A stretch of DNA of 64,000 bases from Candidatus Cloacimonadales bacterium (GTDB taxonomy: Bacteria; Cloacimonadota; Cloacimonadia; Cloacimonadales; JAFGVF01): NCBI GenBank assembly GCA_963663475.2, contig CAXXJV010000001.1, forward strand, positions 1,632,001-1,696,000, written 5' to 3'. A program made the translations under genes and the position numbers. Shown here piece by piece: positions 59,902 through 64,000 of the stretch; the first letter of the stretch is position 1; each line of letters opens with the position of its first letter. The notes beneath the pieces are model-generated. The model was given only the letters and a program-made list of their open reading frames with translations. It had not been told where the DNA came from and searched no databases.

Positions 59902-62544
59902 ATGAAAATTACCTTATTGATGATGTTATTTTTACTTACAGTTGTTTCCCTCTTGGGAGTTAATAGTGCTTTATATTTTGATGGACAAGATGATTATTTA
60001 CAAGTAAATTCAATTAGCACTAGCTTATTTCAACAGAATTCATATACAATTGAATGTTGGTTTAGAGGAGATGATATTACCACTTCTACTGGTAATCAAA
60101 TCTTATGGGGAATTAATGGCCCTGTTACCAATCCAAATACTAATATCTTGATGATAGCAGTTCACGGAAATGTTATCAAAATTTATGATGGGAACAATGT
60201 TAATTCTTATACTGGAACTTTGGTTATTCAACCTTCTGTATGGTATCATATTGCACTTGTGAAGTTTACTGATGATAGTTTCTCTTTATATCTCAATGGA
60301 CTTGAAGAGTTATCTGGTTCCCTAGACACTCCGATTGCTAGCAATAGTACTTTTTCCTTAGGCCAAGAATGGGATGCTAATCCTAGTGATTTCTTTCAAG
60401 GACAAATTGATGAATTTAGAGTATGGAGTAAGGTACTAGACCAAAATGAATTAAGACGAAAATCCTACCTTGAGCTAGATGAAGAAGAAACAGATTTAAT
60501 AGCATATTACAACTTTAATAATTCACTTACTGATCAATCTGGAAATTCACACAATGGAACATTTATCGGAGGATCTAATCAATTTCTTCCATCTTCAGCA
60601 ATATTAGGGGCTCAATCTTGTTTAGCTTTTCACGGTAATACTGGTGATACACGAGTAAATTGTGGAAATATAATTGATCCAAGTACTTTATCTTCTTTCA
60701 CAGTAGAATGTTGGGTAGAACCAGAAATTTCTAGTACAAATCATCACAGAAGATTGATAACCCAAGGTCCTTTAACATGGTTAGGTATAAATTCTAACAG
60801 AAATGTATATACAAATTTTCCTGATAATAGCTCGATTATGATAAGTGCAACTGAACTAACTTATGGCATTTGGAATCATCTTGCTTTAGTTTGGGATGGA
60901 GCAAATATTTCTTTATATATTAATGGTATTAAAGATGAGATAACTCAGTCGGCAAACTCACTTAGTTCTAATAATGCAGATGTTTACTTAGGTTATGAAG
61001 TAGATTGTCCTGAAAATCACTACTGGGGCTTAATGGATGAATTAAGGATTTGGAGCATAGGTAAGTCAGAAAGTCAAATTAGAGAAAACATGTGTAGAAA
61101 TATTTCTGGTAGTGAAGCTAACTTACTTGCTTATTATAACTTTAACAATACTTCTGGTTTAGTTGTGCAAGATTTATCTGGCAATTCACATGATGGTGCT
61201 ATGACAGGAAACTATTCTTGGTTGCCTTCTTCAGCTTTTAATATGTGGTTAGATTCTAGTGATAATATTTGGACAGAAGAATCTAATTGGTCAGATGGTA
61301 TTCCAGACGAGAATGCTAATGTTGGAATTTATAATTGGATTGATGAACTTGAATTACCAAATCCACAAAGCTATAATAATTTCTATATTGGAAATGGCGT
61401 TACTATTTCCCTAGTATCTTCGATAGATATTACAAGTTCATTAATAATTGAGGGAAATTTAAACTTAAATACCAATACTATTAATCTCCACGAAAATGCC
61501 GAATTAATTGATGAAAACGGAATCTTATCTGCTAATAGTGGAACTATAGAAACTACTATGGAACTTAATAATGTTAATCATGAAATAGCTGGGTTGGGTA
61601 TTACAATTTCAGAATCAAGCAATCTAGGTAATACTAGAGTAATTAGAGGACATAGAGCTTTAGGAAGTCAAGCAATTAAAAGATATTATCAAATTACATC
61701 TCAAAATCAACCAACTAATGCAAGTCTTGTTTTTAGTTATTTAGATTCAGAACTAAACGGACATGAAGAAAGTCAGCTTAAATTATTTAAGTCAGAAGAT
61801 GGAGTTAATTGGATAGAACAAAACTCTTCAATTGATACAGAAAATAATACTTTAACTTTAACAGGCATAACTAGTTTTTCTTATTGGACAGCTGCACCAA
61901 CAGGTTCAGATCAAACACTACCAGTAACTTTATCATCATTTACAGCAGTTTATGAAGAAGAACAAGCAATAATTAAATGGATTACTCAATCTGAAAACAA
62001 TAACCTTGGTTGGAATATCTATAGGGGTGAGACAAGTGATCAAACTCAAGCTCTTAGACTTAATAATATGTATATTCCTGCTTCTGGCTCTACTACTGAA
62101 CCAACAAATTATACTTATCAAGATGATTTCCCTGTAACCGATGGGAATGAATACTTCTACTGGCTAGAAGCAATAAGTTTAAATAATGAATCAACTTATC
62201 ACGGTCCTATTAATTTAATTATCTCCCAAGAAGAATTTGAAGAATCTTCTCCAGAAATACCTCATAAATATGGACTTCTACCTAATTATCCAAATCCTTT
62301 TAATCCAAGTACTACCATAGAATTTGCTATGAAGAAAGAAGGAAACTATAAGCTGACTGTTTATGATATCAAAGGTAGAAAAGTTAAGGATATTTTCTCT
62401 GATTACATCCAAGCAGATAAATTATATAGACTTGTTTGGGATGGCAAAGATTACCAAGGTAAAAACGCTGCATCAGGAATTTACTTTTATCGCTTGTCTG
62501 GGAATGGTCTAGTTATAAATCGGAAAATGATATTAGTGAAGTAG
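59902..62544 (+). CDS. Secreted LamG/concanavalin-like domain protein with FlgD-Ig/T9SS-like CTD
   Basis: Two TIECW..WYHIALV..LYLNG..DEFRVW repeats; LPVTLSSF; NYPNPFNPSTTIEF. Confidence 0.85.
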   Translation: MKITLLMMLFLLTVVSLLGVNSALYFDGQDDYLQVNSISTSLFQQNSYTIECWFRGDDITTSTGNQILWGINGPVTNPNTNILMIAVHGNVIKIYDGNNVNSYTGTLVIQPSVWYHIALVKFTDDSFSLYLNGLEELSGSLDTPIASNSTFSLGQEWDANPSDFFQGQIDEFRVWSKVLDQNELRRKSYLELDEEETDLIAYYNFNNSLTDQSGNSHNGTFIGGSNQFLPSSAILGAQSCLAFHGNTGDTRVNCGNIIDPSTLSSFTVECWVEPEISSTNHHRRLITQGPLTWLGINSNRNVYTNFPDNSSIMISATELTYGIWNHLALVWDGANISLYINGIKDEITQSANSLSSNNADVYLGYEVDCPENHYWGLMDELRIWSIGKSESQIRENMCRNISGSEANLLAYYNFNNTSGLVVQDLSGNSHDGAMTGNYSWLPSSAFNMWLDSSDNIWTEESNWSDGIPDENANVGIYNWIDELELPNPQSYNNFYIGNGVTISLVSSIDITSSLIIEGNLNLNTNTINLHENAELIDENGILSANSGTIETTMELNNVNHEIAGLGITISESSNLGNTRVIRGHRALGSQAIKRYYQITSQNQPTNASLVFSYLDSELNGHEESQLKLFKSEDGVNWIEQNSSIDTENNTLTLTGITSFSYWTAAPTGSDQTLPVTLSSFTAVYEEEQAIIKWITQSENNNLGWNIYRGETSDQTQALRLNNMYIPASGSTTEPTNYTYQDDFPVTDGNEYFYWLEAISLNNESTYHGPINLIISQEEFEESSPEIPHKYGLLPNYPNPFNPSTTIEFAMKKEGNYKLTVYDIKGRKVKDIFSDYIQADKLYRLVWDGKDYQGKNAASGIYFYRLSGNGLVINRKMILVK

Positions 62545-62577
62545 GTTACACTCTTTCTCATCCTACTTGTAGAAAGC

Positions 62578-62608
62578 AATCCCCCTCATCTGAGGGGGAT
62601 TAGATTTT
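62578..62608 (+). terminator. Rho-independent terminator
   Basis: AATCCCCCTCA-TC-TGAGGGGGATT followed by AGATTTT. Confidence 0.65.
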
Positions 62609-62667
62609 GGGCAATAAAAGTAACTTAATTTTTAGCTAATTCCAGTCTGGTGGCAGAAAACTATTAA

Positions 62668-62828
62668 AACCGAATAATTTAGTAGTTCTATGTGAAAAGC
62701 ACTGTATTATTCTGCAAAAGTAACTTTCATAATTCTTCCGAATATATTATATGCGTTAAAATTCAGTAAGCTATTTTGCTAGAATAATCTGTAATCTTCA
62801 CTAAAAAACCTACTGAAACATTCTGGAT
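62668..62828 (+). mobile_element. MITE copy 5 (degenerate)
   Basis: Internal blocks TTCTGCAAAAGTAAC and GTAAGCTATTTTGCTAGAATAATCTG match the family; ends are eroded. Confidence 0.7.
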
Positions 62829-62899
62829 AAATAACATATTCTTTGGTTGACAGCAAATATTAGTGAGATTTTTTTTGATAAAAAACTTATGGAGATGTA

Positions 62900-63892
62900 A
62901 TGTCTGTTCCTTTAATAAATGTTTGGCGTGGTACTATAGTAGAGAGTATCCATAGGGGAGACCTAGTAGTTGTTGATGCTGATGATAAGATTATCTATTC
63001 TCTGGGAAATCCTCAAAAGATAACATATTTCCGATCTTCTGCAAAAGCAATTCAAGCACTTAATGTTGTAAAATCAGGTGCTTATGATAAATATAAGTTA
63101 ACAGAAAGGGAATTATCTCTTATCTGTTCTTCTCATTATGCAGAAGAATTTCATCTTCAAACTGTTCAGTCCATTTTAGATAAAATTGGACTACACAAAA
63201 ATAATATTCTAGGTGGTATTGTAGCTTCTCTGAATCCCGAAATAGCTCTAAGACAAGCTGCTTCTGGCCATATAATTGATGAGAGATATAGTGATTGTTC
63301 AGGAAAACAAGCTGGTATGTTGGCTGTATGTCAAACAAAAGGCTACAGTCTTAATAACTATCTGGATCCAAATCATCCATGTCAACAAGAGATATTAGAA
63401 GATATCTCAACTTTCTGTCAAATAGCTAAAGAAGAAATTATCATAGGTATAGATGGTTGTTCTGCTCCTGTACATGCTCTTCCCCTAATTAACATGGCCA
63501 TAGGCTTTAGAAATCTAAGTAATCCTGAAAAATTAGCTTGTGAAGACAAAGCAGCTGCAAACTTAGTTTATAAGAGTATGGTTACTTATCCAGAAATGAT
63601 ATCAGGAACTGCTGGTTTTTGTAGTCAGCTAATAAAATACTCAAATGGAAAGTTGATAGGTAAGGTTGGAGCTGAGGGGGTTTATACTATTGGTATTAAA
63701 GAAAGAAATATTGGCATTGCCTTGAAAATAGAATCAGGTTCTATGACAGTTATCCCTCCTGTTATAATGAGAACTTTAAGAGAATTAGATATTCTTAGTA
63801 AACAAGAATTAGATGATTTACAAAAGTATATGGAAATGGATTCACTCAATGATAATGGCAGACTTGTAGGTAAGATTGTCACAGCTTATTGA
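62900..63892 (+). CDS. L-asparaginase II (Rhizobium-type)
   Basis: RGTIVESIHRG, RSSAKAIQA, CSSH, DCSGK, IDGCSAP, GKVGAEGV. Confidence 0.9.
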   Translation: MSVPLINVWRGTIVESIHRGDLVVVDADDKIIYSLGNPQKITYFRSSAKAIQALNVVKSGAYDKYKLTERELSLICSSHYAEEFHLQTVQSILDKIGLHKNNILGGIVASLNPEIALRQAASGHIIDERYSDCSGKQAGMLAVCQTKGYSLNNYLDPNHPCQQEILEDISTFCQIAKEEIIIGIDGCSAPVHALPLINMAIGFRNLSNPEKLACEDKAAANLVYKSMVTYPEMISGTAGFCSQLIKYSNGKLIGKVGAEGVYTIGIKERNIGIALKIESGSMTVIPPVIMRTLRELDILSKQELDDLQKYMEMDSLNDNGRLVGKIVTAY

Positions 63893-64000
63893 AGAAAAGT
63901 ACAAGTTTTATCGACAATAATCATATAATTTATACTTAGCAATTTTTCTAGCTATAGAATTAGCAGTTAATCCCAGTAACTTAGCTGCTTGTAATTGGAC

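Noticed and set aside
244-63882. Short ORFs antisense to or overlapping long genes (e.g. 244-480, 6291-6614, 40944-41303, 48790-49072, 63682-63882)
   Set aside because: Shadow frames or AT-rich chance ORFs with no recognisable motifs or RBS.

Overview
AT-rich bacterial window. Four secreted proteins end in an NYPNPFNP..IY(N/D)xKGxKV C-terminal domain, which suggests Candidatus Cloacimonadota or a related FCB-group lineage (inference). The left part (1-28 kb) is largely housekeeping: mlaD, hemW, lepB, a TetR-regulated RND pump, a two-subunit class I fumarate hydratase, uvrB, a DHODH-like gene and a TerB-like gene. It is heavily interspersed with non-coding repeats: REP-like hairpins, a ~163-bp MITE family with TTA/TAA target duplications, an octamer microsatellite, and two modular tandem arrays built from helically phased CAC-anchored sub-repeats. 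It also holds a complete IS1182 inserted into a REP palindrome and a complete IS3. From tRNA-Arg(CCT) at 28479 to about 55.4 kb lie two tandem, integrase-less islands, each opening with the same ~1-kb arm and closing with a degenerate tRNA 3' half. Island 1 carries a two-methyltransferase (NPPF + NPPY) type I RM operon. A DUF4062 gene, a Schlafen/AlbA_2-ATPase gene and a HEPN-like gene are nested inside it, and an RloC-like ATPase-HEPN plus another HEPN gene follow. This is the strongest candidate for an undescribed multilayer defence system. The right end has secreted proteins, a TPR/sigma-54 activator with a matching promoter and upstream palindromes, and asparaginase II. All family calls come from motif recognition by eye; no database searches were run.
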